A stretch of DNA of 64,000 nucleotides from Limisphaerales bacterium (GCA_965657355.1 CBFHOE010000009.1:64001-128000), one strand, 5' to 3'. Shown: positions 37,822-48,326, numbered from the stretch's first letter. Numbers and translations: made by a program. The notes: generated by a model from the sequence alone, not told the origin.

Positions 37822-40710
37822 TTAATTTAGATATATAAATTCATTGCTGTTAAAAAGAAGAAGGCAAATGTCAGCTAGTGCCCTAGTTTTTGGACTGACC
37901 TCATGCGCCTGAGCATCAGATTGGTAATCATGAAAAACGGGCAGAATTTCCTCATATTTAAATGGCTTTCCAGAAAACTCCTCAACCAATTCTCTCGTGA
38001 CTGAGGTTGGATACATTCGTTTTTCTGGTTTGTTTTTCTGATGGTATTTCTCCATTTTTTTTAGATACATTTCGAGATAGCTCAATTCGTCTTCCATAGG
38101 AGGGCGCCCGTAGGCCAACCGAATTGCCTGAGTGATTTGACCTCTGTCATTTTCAGCTAATGCCTCCAATCTCAAAGCAAATGCTATGGACCTATCAGTT
38201 ACTTGGTCACTATTCAGTAATGAAAAAACTTGTGGGGAGACGGCTGCACTATCCCGTTCTTCACATGAATCATTAGGATTTGGTAGATTAAATATTTCCA
38301 TGAAAGGATCAGCCAAACCACGGATGCGATACATATAAATACTTCTACGATGTCTCTGTTCTGGCTTAGGTGATGGCTGGTAAGCTGGCGCGATTGAAAA
38401 TTGAATCATTCGAGGCTGAAGAGCCACTTCAATATTCATTTCAGGCATTGACGGGGTTCCCCCCGTCGAATAATTGAGTTCTCCGCTGATGGCGAGCATG
38501 GAATCTCGAATCTCTTCTGCCGACAACCTTCTTGATGGATAATATGAAAGAAGTTCATTGTCCGGATCGATCTGATTCAATAAATCAATATCTTTGTGGG
38601 ATGCAGACATCATGTATGTCTCTGATGTCATGATCAGCTTATGCAGTTTTTTAAAACGGCCTCCGCCATTGATGAACTCACGCGCTAGCCAATCGAGTAG
38701 TTCAGGATGGGTTGGTTTCTTTCCCTTTACCCCGAAATTATTAGGGTTACCGGCGATCGGCTTTCCAAAATGATATTGCCAAACACGATTAATTATAGAC
38801 CTACTCGTAAGTGGATTATCCGGACTCGCAATCCAACGAGCCAATTGAAGCCTGCGGCCAGCGAGGTCTTTTGTGATAGCAAATGGATCCCCTTCATTCG
38901 GGTTTGACCTCACCCCTAAGGCACTTAAGACCCCAGGAGATACTTTTTCACCAGGAGCCTCCAGTGCTCCCCCAAGAAGTATATGACTTTCAGGCCTCCA
39001 GTTTGCTTTGATAGCCTGCGGAGCTCGAAGTTTACGTGCGTTAAGGTAATTAGGAACAGGGCCATTGTATACGCTCTGCACCATTGGTTCGTATCGTTCG
39101 AGCCTTCTGTTCCAGATCCATTCGTCCTGTTCACGAACTTTAAGCCTTCCTTGGTCGATATGATCCAAACCCACATGCCTTGGTGGCTTCTCTGCATCAG
39201 GGAGACTTTTCCTTTCTTTATGCCCGACGTATTCCTTGCCGTGCGCATTATACCACCCTTTCGCCGCGGCTTCTCTTTTGGCAACTAAATGATTTTTCTT
39301 TTCTTTTGCAAACCCTAGTAATTTTCCTACTAGTTCTTTGCCTTCCTTGAAGCCTTGTTTATTTTCTGACGATAAAAAGGGGGCCGGCCGCTCGGCAAGT
39401 TGGGTTCCTTCAAATACGGCGTAGAACCTGTAATAATCTCGCGTGGGTATCGGGTCGAATTTATGGTCATGACATTTAACACATCTCAAGGTCATAGAAA
39501 GAAAAGTCTGACCCACAGAGTTTATGATATCATCAATATAAATTTGCCTTGCTTCGGGCTTTTTAACCATGGCTGGATCCCATGGCCCCATTCGAAGAAA
39601 ACCACTTGCTACAAGATGCTCACTTTCCTTCTCGTTATATCGCCCCTGTGCCCTTGCCACCCTGAAGTCTGAGATTTTTTCAACTCGCTCACGAAGCGAT
39701 TGGTCTGCCAGTTCGTCGCCAGCAATCTGTTCAACAATAAAATTATTGTATGGCTTATCATTATTGAAAGAGCGAATAACATAGTCTCGGTATCGCCAGG
39801 CATTAGATCTTTCGTAATCATTTGAATACCCGCCGGTATCGGCATAACGTGTAATGTCTAACCAATGCTGGGCCCACCTTTCTCCATATTGAGAACTGGC
39901 CAAAAGGTCGTCTATGAGGTCTGCCCAAGCTTTTTCCGGTGCTACTTTATATTCCTTTAAAAATGAATCCACCATGTTCGGGCTTGGAGGAAGACCGGTC
40001 AGATCATAGGTTGCCCTTCTTATAAGTTCTCTGGGTGTGGCTCGCTTGGTTTTAGTAATGCCCTTAGTTTGATATTTTTTATTTACTAAATAATCTATGG
40101 GATGATCAGGCACTGTATTTTCCATCGCGATATTTTGTAGGGGTTGGAATGCCCAAATATCCTCTTTTTTATACCTTCTATAGGTCCAGCCATCACTCTG
40201 CCCACCAGAATTGCTTACGAGAATCCCATCTTCGTTTTCATAAACCTCACGCTCTTGAAGGTGAATAGCTTTTTGAATCTCTACACCGGGCCATGGCGCC
40301 CCACCGTCAATCCATTCTTCCAAATATGAAATTTGTTTATCTGTGAGTCGATCATTTTCTTTGGGAGGCATTTCATATTCTTTATCTTCCCATTTTACAG
40401 CCGTGATTAGAAAACTTTGTTTTGAAGCCCCAGGCACGAGCACGTTTTTAATAGTGTCACCACCGGCAAGAAATTGGCGACGTGAACTCATGTTAAAATT
40501 TCCCTTTACCTTTTTCTGAGTATCCCCATGGCACCCCAAACATTTATCTTTTAATATCGGCAGGACTTTGAGTGTAAAATGCCTATCTCCTTTTTCCCAG
40601 ACTTCAGCATTTAAATTCTGATTTACCAAAACAATCGCAACAAGGATTGCAATACAATTGCAGCCAAAATAAAAAACTGAACCTCTTTTTACCCGTGCCA
40701 AATTCATCAT
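37822..40710 (-). CDS. Planctomycete cytochrome c + DUF1549 + DUF1553 (PSD1) protein
   Basis: CLGCHG, YGERWAQHWLDITRYADT, CVKCHDHKFDPI, RRLQLARWI, PTHPELLDWLA and NEFIYLN. Confidence 0.95.
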   Translation of the reverse strand: MMNLARVKRGSVFYFGCNCIAILVAIVLVNQNLNAEVWEKGDRHFTLKVLPILKDKCLGCHGDTQKKVKGNFNMSSRRQFLAGGDTIKNVLVPGASKQSFLITAVKWEDKEYEMPPKENDRLTDKQISYLEEWIDGGAPWPGVEIQKAIHLQEREVYENEDGILVSNSGGQSDGWTYRRYKKEDIWAFQPLQNIAMENTVPDHPIDYLVNKKYQTKGITKTKRATPRELIRRATYDLTGLPPSPNMVDSFLKEYKVAPEKAWADLIDDLLASSQYGERWAQHWLDITRYADTGGYSNDYERSNAWRYRDYVIRSFNNDKPYNNFIVEQIAGDELADQSLRERVEKISDFRVARAQGRYNEKESEHLVASGFLRMGPWDPAMVKKPEARQIYIDDIINSVGQTFLSMTLRCVKCHDHKFDPIPTRDYYRFYAVFEGTQLAERPAPFLSSENKQGFKEGKELVGKLLGFAKEKKNHLVAKREAAAKGWYNAHGKEYVGHKERKSLPDAEKPPRHVGLDHIDQGRLKVREQDEWIWNRRLERYEPMVQSVYNGPVPNYLNARKLRAPQAIKANWRPESHILLGGALEAPGEKVSPGVLSALGVRSNPNEGDPFAITKDLAGRRLQLARWIASPDNPLTSRSIINRVWQYHFGKPIAGNPNNFGVKGKKPTHPELLDWLAREFINGGGRFKKLHKLIMTSETYMMSASHKDIDLLNQIDPDNELLSYYPSRRLSAEEIRDSMLAISGELNYSTGGTPSMPEMNIEVALQPRMIQFSIAPAYQPSPKPEQRHRRSIYMYRIRGLADPFMEIFNLPNPNDSCEERDSAAVSPQVFSLLNSDQVTDRSIAFALRLEALAENDRGQITQAIRLAYGRPPMEDELSYLEMYLKKMEKYHQKNKPEKRMYPTSVTRELVEEFSGKPFKYEEILPVFHDYQSDAQAHEVSPKTRALADICLLLFNSNEFIYLN

Positions 40711-40820
40711 GCTCTATAGAAGAATATTAAAACAAATTTCTTTTCTAATTGCAAAGTATGAGAAAACAAATAATTTTAATTTCGAAACCACTTAAGTTAA
40801 ACAAAAACACCACAAAGCTA

Positions 40821-41516
40821 ATGGAACAGTACTCGATATCGGATTTCATTGAAAAAACCAAAAACAAAGAAAAAGGCCACGGTTTTTTCGAATTAGAAAC
40901 GGATAGAATTCTCGAAATTAATCTACACGGTTCTGTTTGGATCAAAAAAGGGGCTATGATTTCATATGAAGGCCAAATGAAATTCTCTCGAGAAGGATTT
41001 TTTGATCACGGCATGGGAAATCTCCTCAAAAAAATGGTTACCGGCGAAGGAACACAATTGACCATTGCCAAGGGCGAGGGTCGTTTGTTTGTGGCAGATA
41101 CCGGAAAAAAAATTACCATTCTAAAGTTGGAAAATGATAGCATCTACGTCAACGGAAATGATGTTTTAGCATTCGAAAACACCATTCAAAGTGACATAAA
41201 AATGATGAAAAAGATGTCAGCTATGCTCGCGGGGGGGTTATTTAATGTAAAGTTATCCGGAACTGGGTTAATTGCCATCACTTCTCATTATGACCCGGTT
41301 ACTCTATTGGTAGAGCATGGCAAACCGGTATCGACAGACCCAAATGCAACAGTCGCGTGGTCTGGTGGGGTAGAATCTTCATTTAAATCAGATGTTTCAT
41401 TGGGTACGTTTGTTGGCAGAGGTAGTGGGGATACCCTACAGATGGAATTTAAAGGCGAAGGATTTGTAGTCGTCCAACCTTATGAAGAGGTATATTTTCA
41501 AGCCTCAAAGCGATAG
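40821..41516 (+). CDS. AIM24 family protein
   Basis: KKGAMISYEG, TGEG, GEGRLFVAD, GGLFNVKLSGTG, TDPNATVAWS and GEGFVVVQPYE. Probable ATG at 40821. Confidence 0.88.
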   Translation: MEQYSISDFIEKTKNKEKGHGFFELETDRILEINLHGSVWIKKGAMISYEGQMKFSREGFFDHGMGNLLKKMVTGEGTQLTIAKGEGRLFVADTGKKITILKLENDSIYVNGNDVLAFENTIQSDIKMMKKMSAMLAGGLFNVKLSGTGLIAITSHYDPVTLLVEHGKPVSTDPNATVAWSGGVESSFKSDVSLGTFVGRGSGDTLQMEFKGEGFVVVQPYEEVYFQASKR

Positions 41517-41540
41517 AAATTACTTTTAAGAAGTTTCGTT

Positions 41541-42926
41541 TTATTTTAGAAACCAGGAGAACATGTTACTTAAGTTTTTGGGTAATTCACGGTAGGGTGG
41601 GAATTTCATAGGAAAGTCGAAACCAGATTTTTTTTTAAAAACCGATTTGGAATAAGAAAAAGTTTCAAATCCGAATCGACCATGGTATCTGCCATAACCG
41701 CTCCTGTTGACACCCCCAAAAGGGAGATCTGCAGGGGTGGCTTGACCCAAAACATCGTTAATACACATGCTACCTGCCATGACTTTGTCTTGAAATTTTT
41801 TGGCAACTTTCCAGTCAGAAGTAAATATGTATGCAGATAGCGGATTGGGAAGATGCTGAATAGTTTTATAAACGTCTTCGAAATTGTCGTAACCTATAAC
41901 CGGAAGTATTGGGCCAAAAATTTCCTCCTCCATAATCTTATCATTTAGAGTAGCATTAGTTAAAATCGCTGTAGTGAAAAGTAGGTTATCTCTATTTCGT
42001 TCACCCCCTATTACATCTTTTGATTCGGATATCATAGCAGCAAGTCTATCAAAATGGTGATGATTAATGATCCTACAATAGCCTCTTTCATTCCCAACAT
42101 TGACGTCGATATTTGCAAAAAACTTCTTATAGGTTTCCTCCAAATGAGAGAGAAATTTGGATTTAATCGACTCTTCAACTAATACGTAATCCGGAGCAAT
42201 GCACGTTTGACCGGCGTTGACATATTTACCCCACATGATCCTTTTAGCAGCAGTTTTTAAATCCGCATCTTTATGAACGACGCATGGTGATTTCCCTCCC
42301 AGCTCTAAAGCGCATGGTATCATATTCGAAGCGGCAGCTTTGGCTACGATTTCTCCAACACTGTTGGATCCAGTAAAAAAAATAAAATCAAATGGGTAAT
42401 TAATGAGCTTTTCGGATGTCTCGGCACCTCCTTCTATTACATGGACTGGATTTTCGCCAAAGGCATCGTAGCAAAGTTGCCTGATGATCGAGGCAGTCTT
42501 TGGGGCGTACTCAGATGGTTTGATTACAATTTTGTTTCCAGCCGCTAAAGCTGCGACCAGAGGTGATAAAGATAATTGAATTGGATAATTCCAAGCCCCT
42601 AATACAAGTACGGCACCTCGTGGATAAAATTGATAAAAAGCTTTCCCCGGCTTCTGAATTTTTGGCACTTTTACGTATTTAGGTTTTGCCCAACTCTGCA
42701 AATGCCGGCACGCATGATCAATATCTCTTGTCACAAAACCGATTTCAGACGCATATATCTCGGCCAACGGCTTACCTAAATCACATTCAAGAGCATCCAC
42801 TAATCCGTCATGATTGTCATTTATGGATTTTTTAAGTCGCTTTAAATGAATAATCCTTTGTGTTAAATCAAGGCAACCCGCACCACCGTCCAGTTCTTTA
42901 AACGCAGAAAATTCGCTTTCAGTCAT
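41541..42926 (-). CDS. aldH: Aldehyde dehydrogenase, probable 4,4'-diapocarotenoid aldehyde oxidase (AldH/CrtNc)
   Basis: GAWNYP, KPSE, FFTGS, LELGGKSP, NAGQTCIAPD and EEIFGPILP. Its start overlaps the crtO stop (ATGA). Confidence 0.85.
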   Translation of the reverse strand: MTESEFSAFKELDGGAGCLDLTQRIIHLKRLKKSINDNHDGLVDALECDLGKPLAEIYASEIGFVTRDIDHACRHLQSWAKPKYVKVPKIQKPGKAFYQFYPRGAVLVLGAWNYPIQLSLSPLVAALAAGNKIVIKPSEYAPKTASIIRQLCYDAFGENPVHVIEGGAETSEKLINYPFDFIFFTGSNSVGEIVAKAAASNMIPCALELGGKSPCVVHKDADLKTAAKRIMWGKYVNAGQTCIAPDYVLVEESIKSKFLSHLEETYKKFFANIDVNVGNERGYCRIINHHHFDRLAAMISESKDVIGGERNRDNLLFTTAILTNATLNDKIMEEEIFGPILPVIGYDNFEDVYKTIQHLPNPLSAYIFTSDWKVAKKFQDKVMAGSMCINDVLGQATPADLPFGGVNRSGYGRYHGRFGFETFSYSKSVFKKKSGFDFPMKFPPYRELPKNLSNMFSWFLK

Positions 42927-43420
42927 TTCATATCAGGTTGAATAGAATTTGCGACGCTACCACGAGATGTGATCCGCCAAATTCTAATCCGATTGTATTG
43001 CAGTAGAAATATACAAGGCAAGTTGGCAAATATACCGTATGCGACCATGACCCAGGCAATAGGGGCATCATTCCATAGGAAAAATAAAAATCCCGAGAGC
43101 AAAACAACCCAATGAACAATTTCACCTCGACAGGTTTCAAGTGCAAATTCGTTAAGGTAATCCAAATTCGTTGATTTTAAATTCTTTTTGGTGAAACCAT
43201 TTTTAAAAAGAGAAGAACCATCGGGCATCCATGATTTCCATTTTTTTATCTGGAGAAATTTTTCATAAAAACCAAGCCCACTGCCCATTTGGTTTTTTTT
43301 AAAAAATGGAAGAGTCTTTTCAAGTATGCTTTTGTGGGTTTTTTCCCCCAACCAAGCAATACCCATGTGAAGAACAAGCCAGGCAAAGGCATTTAGCAAT
43401 ACAATTTCAATGACTCTCAT
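42923..43420 (-). CDS. crtO: Glycosyl-4,4'-diaponeurosporenoate acyltransferase
   Basis: 165 aa with YEKFLQIKKWKSWMPDG, ETCRGEIVHW and ANLPCIFLLQYNRIR, inside the crt operon. Confidence 0.88.
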   Translation of the reverse strand: MRVIEIVLLNAFAWLVLHMGIAWLGEKTHKSILEKTLPFFKKNQMGSGLGFYEKFLQIKKWKSWMPDGSSLFKNGFTKKNLKSTNLDYLNEFALETCRGEIVHWVVLLSGFLFFLWNDAPIAWVMVAYGIFANLPCIFLLQYNRIRIWRITSRGSVANSIQPDMK

Positions 43421-43437
43421 TTTTCATGATATTATGG

Positions 43438-44535
43438 CTAACACTCATTAACCCCTCTGCCTTTCCAAAGTATAGATTCGCCCCGCCTCTTCATGATGGA
43501 TGAACGCAATAAAATAAAATAAAAGTGGAAAAGAATGATAGGGTAAAACAAGGAAGCAGTGAGTCTGAATTTACCCACCATGCTCACCATCCTGTGATAG
43601 GAAAGCGCGTATACCAAGTAGAAGAAAAAAGCATATTCCAGACTACCCACTCCAACTATACCTAGTATCAAATGACTAAATATCATGATTCCGACTGACA
43701 TCCAAGCCACGACGCAGATCATAATCTTCTTATCAACCGATTGCATGCCCTTTACAAAGGCCTTAGACCATCCGTCTCTTAGCGCCTCGTAACCATCTGG
43801 GTACATCCTGTAATCGATGGCTTCTTTACCCGATATAACTAAAGCAGGAATATTCAGTTCTTTGGCTTTCACTCCAAAACTCCAATTCTCTAATATTTCA
43901 GACTTTACGGAATCATGGCCACCAATTTTTGTGTATGTTTCTTTTTCAACGAGTAAGCAAGGGCCAAAAAAGCCGTAGTAATTCCTTGCGCTTCCAAAGA
44001 TGCCGAATGAGCCAATCGATATGAAAGTGAGCAAATTAAAAATGGAGGATAATGATTCATAAATTTTTTGTGTCCTGTGGTAAGGACCAATGCTCATAAT
44101 CTTAGCCTCAGAAGATAAGAAAGTGTTCAGAATCTGTTTCAAACCGTTTTTGCAAATGACAACATCAGCGTCTAGGAATAATAAAAGAGATCCTGAGGCA
44201 CTTTCTGCACCATTTTGACAAGCCCATGTCTTTCCTTTCCAACCTTTAGGAAGAGGGGGCACATCGATACATTTTGCACCATATGATTCAGCAACGGATT
44301 TTGTCCCATCATCAGAATTATCATTTGCCACTATAATTTCCAGGTTTTGGTAGTCACAGGACTTCAATGAAGTTAAAAGCTTACCCAAGTTGGATTCTTC
44401 ATTTCTGGCGGGGATCACTATCGAAAGATTCGGTGTTGTCAGGCCTATTTTATCAAGCCGAAGCTTTCTTCTTCCTTTAAAGATGAGGAGAAAGCTTAAT
44501 AATATTCCAATTAAAAGCGGGTATATCATAAACAT
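43438..44535 (-). CDS. crtQ: 4,4'-diaponeurosporenoate glycosyltransferase (GT2)
   Basis: SIVIPARNEE, DNSDDGT, PKGWKGKTWAC, LFLDAD, FFGPC, RMYPDG and WKGR, inside the crt operon. Confidence 0.88.
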   Translation of the reverse strand: MFMIYPLLIGILLSFLLIFKGRRKLRLDKIGLTTPNLSIVIPARNEESNLGKLLTSLKSCDYQNLEIIVANDNSDDGTKSVAESYGAKCIDVPPLPKGWKGKTWACQNGAESASGSLLLFLDADVVICKNGLKQILNTFLSSEAKIMSIGPYHRTQKIYESLSSIFNLLTFISIGSFGIFGSARNYYGFFGPCLLVEKETYTKIGGHDSVKSEILENWSFGVKAKELNIPALVISGKEAIDYRMYPDGYEALRDGWSKAFVKGMQSVDKKIMICVVAWMSVGIMIFSHLILGIVGVGSLEYAFFFYLVYALSYHRMVSMVGKFRLTASLFYPIILFHFYFILLRSSIMKRRGESILWKGRGVNEC

Positions 44536-44538
44536 ATC

Positions 44539-46038
44539 TTAAGCTGTGAGATCGCTTACAACATTTTCTGCCACCTTTTGGCCGCATAGAAATACCATTG
44601 GCATCCCACCACCAGGATTTACAGACCCTCCAGCAAAATAAAGGTTGTCGTAGCGCTCAGATTTTTTTGGTGCCTTGAATGCAAAATTTTTAAACCGATC
44701 AGAAACGACACCATAAATGGACCCTCTATTACTGTAGTAGTTTATACTTATATCATGAGGGGTAAGTATATGTTCATGGACAATATGATCCCTCAGATTT
44801 GGACAAGCCATCCTTTCCATTTTATCGAGGACCCTCTCTTTAAGATTCATATAATCATCCTCTGATAAAGGGTTATCTGGGTCTATATATGGAATATGAG
44901 GTAAAATTTTTATAGTATCGCATCCTTGTGGTGCTATGGACGAGTCAGTTCGAGAAGCAGCGACAACGTAAAGCGTCGGGTCTCCGGGCAGGTTTTTTTT
45001 CTGGAAAACCTCATTGAAATGCTTCTTAGGGTTGTTAGAAAAAAGAAAGTTGTGGTGAGATAGTGATTCATACTTCCGGTCTAGGCCAATATCAATCACG
45101 AGCCCGCTGCAGGCAGGTTCATATTTTTTTTCTAGTTTATTTACAAAATGGTCCGGCTCATGAAGGAGCCTTTTGTATGTGGGGATGACTTCCATGTTCG
45201 AAACAACGGCATCGGCCGTTTCAATTTCGTCGTTTACAAGTTTCACACCCTCAACCTTGCCGGTATTCTTATCTTTGAGTATTTCGCTTATTTCGGAGTT
45301 GAGCCTAATTTCGATGCCCAATTCTCTCATGAGTTCTTCCAATCCCTGAGCCAGATTATACATACCACCCATCACATACCATAAATCGTATCTAAACTGG
45401 ATGGTAGACATGCAATTCATAAATGCAGGTGCTTTGAAGGCTGATGATCCAACATATTTAATAAAGAAGTCAAAGATACTAACGAAGTAAGAAGTCTTGA
45501 AACGTGATGCCACACTTCCATGCATGTTGTTGAATAAATCAAAATCGAAAAATTTTTTTAAGCCATAGTGCTTTCTAAAACCAGCGGCATTGTCTATGCC
45601 TTTTTCGAAATAGCCATCATTAATCAAATCGAATAAATCTTCAGAATATTTTAAAAACTTATCAACATTCTCAGACGGCTCACCGACCTTTGCCGCCTCT
45701 TTGTGCATCTTATCCCGCTCTGGGTATAAATCTATAACAACACCATCCTCAAAAATATTTCTCCAATGAGGGCGAACTCTCACCATATTTACATAGTCCT
45801 CAATTTTTCGGCCGGCTTTTTCAAAAGGCCGAGAAAATATATAAGGCAAGGTAAGAATAGAGGGCCCCAAATCATAGGTGTAACCCGCTTCAGAAAATGT
45901 GTTCAGCTTCCCACCGATTTTTTCATTTTTCTCGTGAATGGTGACATCGAAGCCTTCTAATGCTAACGAAAGAGCGGTTGAAATTCCACCCAGCCCGGAT
46001 CCGACAACTATTACCTTCTTATTAGTTTTGCTTTGCAT
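44539..46038 (-). CDS. crtP: Diapolycopene/diaponeurosporene oxygenase (CrtP/CrtNb)
   Basis: GSGLGGIS, IGGKLN, DLGPSILTLPYIF, IKYVGSS, VSNMEVIP, RGSIYGVVSD and GGSVNPGGGMPMV. Confidence 0.9.
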   Translation of the reverse strand: MQSKTNKKVIVVGSGLGGISTALSLALEGFDVTIHEKNEKIGGKLNTFSEAGYTYDLGPSILTLPYIFSRPFEKAGRKIEDYVNMVRVRPHWRNIFEDGVVIDLYPERDKMHKEAAKVGEPSENVDKFLKYSEDLFDLINDGYFEKGIDNAAGFRKHYGLKKFFDFDLFNNMHGSVASRFKTSYFVSIFDFFIKYVGSSAFKAPAFMNCMSTIQFRYDLWYVMGGMYNLAQGLEELMRELGIEIRLNSEISEILKDKNTGKVEGVKLVNDEIETADAVVSNMEVIPTYKRLLHEPDHFVNKLEKKYEPACSGLVIDIGLDRKYESLSHHNFLFSNNPKKHFNEVFQKKNLPGDPTLYVVAASRTDSSIAPQGCDTIKILPHIPYIDPDNPLSEDDYMNLKERVLDKMERMACPNLRDHIVHEHILTPHDISINYYSNRGSIYGVVSDRFKNFAFKAPKKSERYDNLYFAGGSVNPGGGMPMVFLCGQKVAENVVSDLTA

Positions 46039-46820
46039 CTATCTACCCCGTCTATTGCACGTATTAAGTTTGGGCTTAGTTCTTTAGATTTGTTGAAATA
46101 TTTTAATGCCAATAAATTGTTACCGATTTTTTCATACGTCTCAGCCAGAAAAATTTGATTCATCGTGTAGCCCCAAGAAAAAACAGAGTCATCATTTGAA
46201 GCTTTTTTTTTGAGCTCTTGATCGAAAAGTTGCTCCGATTTGAGGAGAAGTTCGAGTGCACCAGTCTGTTTTTCATGAGTGTTTGATCGGTGAATCTGAC
46301 TAATTGCCTCCAATAGTGAAACCCTTGGGTTGGAATCTATTTTTTGGAGTGCAGAATTTCTGTGATTTAAAAGCTTTCGCCCATTCTTTATGGCGGATAG
46401 AGGATTTTCAGATATTTTCAATCCATAGATTACGGTGAGCATCGCATGGGCATTAGAATCATTAGGGTCTGAATCAATTGATCTGTGAGAGTGATCCAAA
46501 ACTTTTTGATAAAATTCATCCTTCTTGATCGCAAGATCAGAACTGATTTCGTCCGAATGCTTGGCAAGTATGTAGATATTAAAATAACCAGCAGCAAGCC
46601 ATTTTGAGCGGAGGTTTTTAGAAGCTTCGTCAACTGGACTTTGAGCATCTAAATTTCGGGTATGCTTGAGAATTTCTTCGAGATCTAAACTTTCTATGCT
46701 CGCACTTACCCTAGTTGTGCTTCCGGCCGGAGAATGTTCGATACTCGAAGCTTTCAAGCTGGTGTTTGTCTGTATTGAGCAGACAAACATCGATATGACC
46801 AATATTTGGAAGAAGCTCAT
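46011..46820 (-). CDS. Secreted TPR-like hypothetical protein embedded in the crt operon
   Basis: Signal peptide and TPR-like helices (DPNDSNAHAML; LAETYEKIGNNLLALKYFNKSKELSPN). It overlaps both neighbouring genes. Confidence 0.75.
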   Translation of the reverse strand: MSFFQILVISMFVCSIQTNTSLKASSIEHSPAGSTTRVSASIESLDLEEILKHTRNLDAQSPVDEASKNLRSKWLAAGYFNIYILAKHSDEISSDLAIKKDEFYQKVLDHSHRSIDSDPNDSNAHAMLTVIYGLKISENPLSAIKNGRKLLNHRNSALQKIDSNPRVSLLEAISQIHRSNTHEKQTGALELLLKSEQLFDQELKKKASNDDSVFSWGYTMNQIFLAETYEKIGNNLLALKYFNKSKELSPNLIRAIDGVDRCKAKLIRR

Positions 46821-48322
46821 ATACCATAGTCTTCTTGAATCAATCTTGAAGATATCTTTGCTGATTCATATATCACGGGCAGGCCACTGCCTGGGTGTGT
46901 GCCTCCTCCAACGAGGTAAACTCCGTCCAATTCTTTAAACCTGTTTTGAGGCCGTCTAAATAACATTTGGTCAAGTGAGTGTGCCAAATTAAAAACAGCT
47001 CCCTTAAATATGTTGTATTTATTCTCCCACGTTTGGGGGGTCAGGATTTTTTCGTATTCGATCGAGCTTTCCAAGTCACTGAGACCGATTTTCTCTAATT
47101 GATTCATGACGACAGAACGAAAAGCATCTCTATTCTTTTCCCAATCCAGTTCACCATTTCTGTGAGTCACGGGAACTAGCACATAGAGTGAGGATTTGTT
47201 TTCCGGAGCCATACTTGGGTCTGTGACGCAAGGATTGCAAACATAGAAAGAAGGATTGTCACTAAGAGTGTGATTTTTTTCTATGTCTTCCAAATTCCCC
47301 TTGTAATCCTTAGAGAGAAAAATGCTGTGATGGTTGAGGTCTGGAATGGTCTTGTTTAAGCCCAGATACATCATAAATGTGGAGCAAGAATACTTCTTCT
47401 TTTCTATTTCCTGGTCAGACCATCTTTTTCTTAAATGATTTGGAACCAATTTCTGCATGGTGTGCGCAAAGTCCGCATTAATAACAAGTGCATCGCAATC
47501 ATAGCGATCATTATTTGTGACAACAGATTTGGCACGGCTTCCTTCAAACTCAATGCTTTCCACGGGCTCCGAGAGCTTTATTCTCGCTCCAAGACGCTTT
47601 GCCATATCTGCCATTGACCGGGAAACAGCACCGCAGCCGCCTTTGGGGTGAAATATTCCGTATTCATATTCTAGATAGGACAATATAGTAAAGATACTCG
47701 GGCAATTGCTTGGAGACATGCCCAGGTATTTGCTTTGAAACGCGCAAGCCAAGCGGAGTCGTTCGTCTTTGAAAAAAGTTCTTAAGTCGGATTCAACACT
47801 CTTGCCTGGTCTCAAATATGGAAGAGCGCTCAACAGCTGTGGATCCATGAGATCCTTGATGGAATTGAAAGGCTTCTGAAGAACCCGATTAAATGTTGAA
47901 AATTTCTTCCTGTTATCCTCCATGAATCGTCTAAAACCGCCAACATCTTCGCTATTAACGTTTGAAAACTGTTTTTCCATGAAATCCTCACTTCCTCGAG
48001 CCACGACCTCACCTCTCCCTTCAAAGGTCAATTTGTAGTGGTCTTTTAATCGAACCATTTCAATCTCCTTGTCCATATCGAAACCACAACTTGAGTAAAT
48101 TCCCTTTAAAACATCAGGGTAGAGGAAAAATGTGGGTCCAAGGTCAAAAGTAAACCCCTGCTCGCTCAAAGAAGAGGTTCGCCCACCGACTGTGTTCCGG
48201 GCCTCCAAAATGGTCACATCAGCTCCAGTCTTGCTGAGTAACATTCCAGCAGCTAAACCCCCAGGCCCAGCTCCAATTATCACCACTTTGGGCGAAGACA
48301 ACCTTTTTCTCGAACTAGTCAT
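46817..48322 (-). CDS. crtN: CrtI-family carotenoid desaturase, probably 4,4'-diapophytoene (C30) desaturase
   Basis: IIGAGPGGLAAGMLL, FDLGPTFFL, FQSKYLGMSP, YSCSTFMMYLG, GAVFNLAH and GGGTHPGSGLPVIYESA. It is the first gene of an operon with crtP, crtQ and crtO. Confidence 0.85.
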   Translation of the reverse strand: MTSSRKRLSSPKVVIIGAGPGGLAAGMLLSKTGADVTILEARNTVGGRTSSLSEQGFTFDLGPTFFLYPDVLKGIYSSCGFDMDKEIEMVRLKDHYKLTFEGRGEVVARGSEDFMEKQFSNVNSEDVGGFRRFMEDNRKKFSTFNRVLQKPFNSIKDLMDPQLLSALPYLRPGKSVESDLRTFFKDERLRLACAFQSKYLGMSPSNCPSIFTILSYLEYEYGIFHPKGGCGAVSRSMADMAKRLGARIKLSEPVESIEFEGSRAKSVVTNNDRYDCDALVINADFAHTMQKLVPNHLRKRWSDQEIEKKKYSCSTFMMYLGLNKTIPDLNHHSIFLSKDYKGNLEDIEKNHTLSDNPSFYVCNPCVTDPSMAPENKSSLYVLVPVTHRNGELDWEKNRDAFRSVVMNQLEKIGLSDLESSIEYEKILTPQTWENKYNIFKGAVFNLAHSLDQMLFRRPQNRFKELDGVYLVGGGTHPGSGLPVIYESAKISSRLIQEDYGI

Positions 48323-48326
48323 ACAA

